The notes under the pieces: generated by a model | Database searches by the model: none | What the model was told of the DNA's origin: nothing | The model's input: the letters and a program-made list of their open reading frames with translations, nothing else | Translations under genes and position numbers: made by a program | In this document: positions 5,971 through 6,249 of the stretch, in pieces | Position numbering within the stretch: position 1 is the first letter of the stretch | Layout: every line of letters begins with the position of its first letter | Virus record (IMG/VR): IMGVR_UViG_2675903336_000006 | Strand: one strand, 5' to 3' | Origin: a virus | Taxonomy: Duplodnaviria > Heunggongvirae > Uroviricota > Caudoviricetes | Length of the DNA: 6,249 nt

Positions 5971-5994
5971 GCCCTCTCCGGAGGGGCTTTTCTG
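5971..5994 (+). terminator. Possible rho-independent terminator
   Basis: GC-rich imperfect hairpin GCCCTC-TCCG-GAGGGGC (one bulged G) followed by TTTTCTG; T-run on + strand only. Confidence 0.3.
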
Positions 5995-6177
5995 TGCCGG
6001 ATACATCACAGTTTCTGGAACCTTAGGTACTACAGTATCAGTCAGGGTGCTATATTTTCAGATGTGATGAAAGCCTGTCAGCAGGCAGGGCGTATCGGAA
6101 ATGACCCAGTAGAGAAAACGTTGACTCAGATACCGGTGCTGAGTTACCGGGAAACCGGCATCACATGACCGCTATCC

Positions 6178-6249
6178 TGAGGTGTACTGGCAATAGCGGA
6201 CACTACCATTTGTTCTTTTTTTAAGCAGCCATCTGATGATATTTTTCCC
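6178..6249. repeat. Right arm of the perfect 72-bp terminal inverted repeat (partner 1..72)
   Basis: Exact reverse complement of 1..72; on the minus strand it reproduces the start region and first 10 codons of ORF 41..271, then diverges into a 21-codon frame. Confidence 0.9.

Noticed and set aside
6030-6130. Sigma70 promoter candidates (TATATT near 6051, TTGACT at 6116-6121)
   Set aside because: Neither hexamer has a credible partner at 16-18 nt spacing, and no downstream gene is visible.
5846-6177. Shiga toxin or lysis genes immediately downstream of the tRNA cluster
   Set aside because: No ORF of adequate size exists in the visible sequence after the gap; whether such genes lie in the masked interval or beyond the window cannot be determined.
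1-6249. Terminal inverted repeats as ends of an IS element or composite transposon
   Set aside because: No transposase-like ORF is present, the 72-bp perfect arms are longer than typical IS terminal repeats, no target-site duplication can be assessed, and the arms coincide with the window edges.
1-6249. CRISPR array
   Set aside because: No series of regularly spaced direct repeats with unique spacers anywhere in the window.

Overview
This window reads as the nin-to-late-regulatory segment of a lambda-like (lambdoid) prophage from an E. coli/Shigella-type genome, with every supported gene on the + strand. In order: four small translationally coupled ORFs (41-870); a hok/gef-family type I toxin locus with promoter, leader and terminator (877-1332); a small ORF; a DUF968/YdfU-like protein with an HNH-like Cys/His tail; RusA resolvase; a lambda-family Q antiterminator with an extra Cys-rich insertion; the late promoter pR' with a lambda-like pause element and tR'; a 65-aa HTH-like ORF; the C-terminal part of a beta-class N6/N4 DNA methyltransferase; and a tRNA-Ile2(CAU)-like gene followed by a probable second tRNA cut by a gap. 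Two N-runs (4627-4891, 5578-5845) hide sequence. The most unusual observations are that the first and last 72 bp of the window are perfect reverse complements of each other, that the Q protein carries duplicated CxxCxGxG modules, and that Chi octamers are strongly enriched. No searches or computations could be run; all protein identifications rest on remembered family signatures and context.
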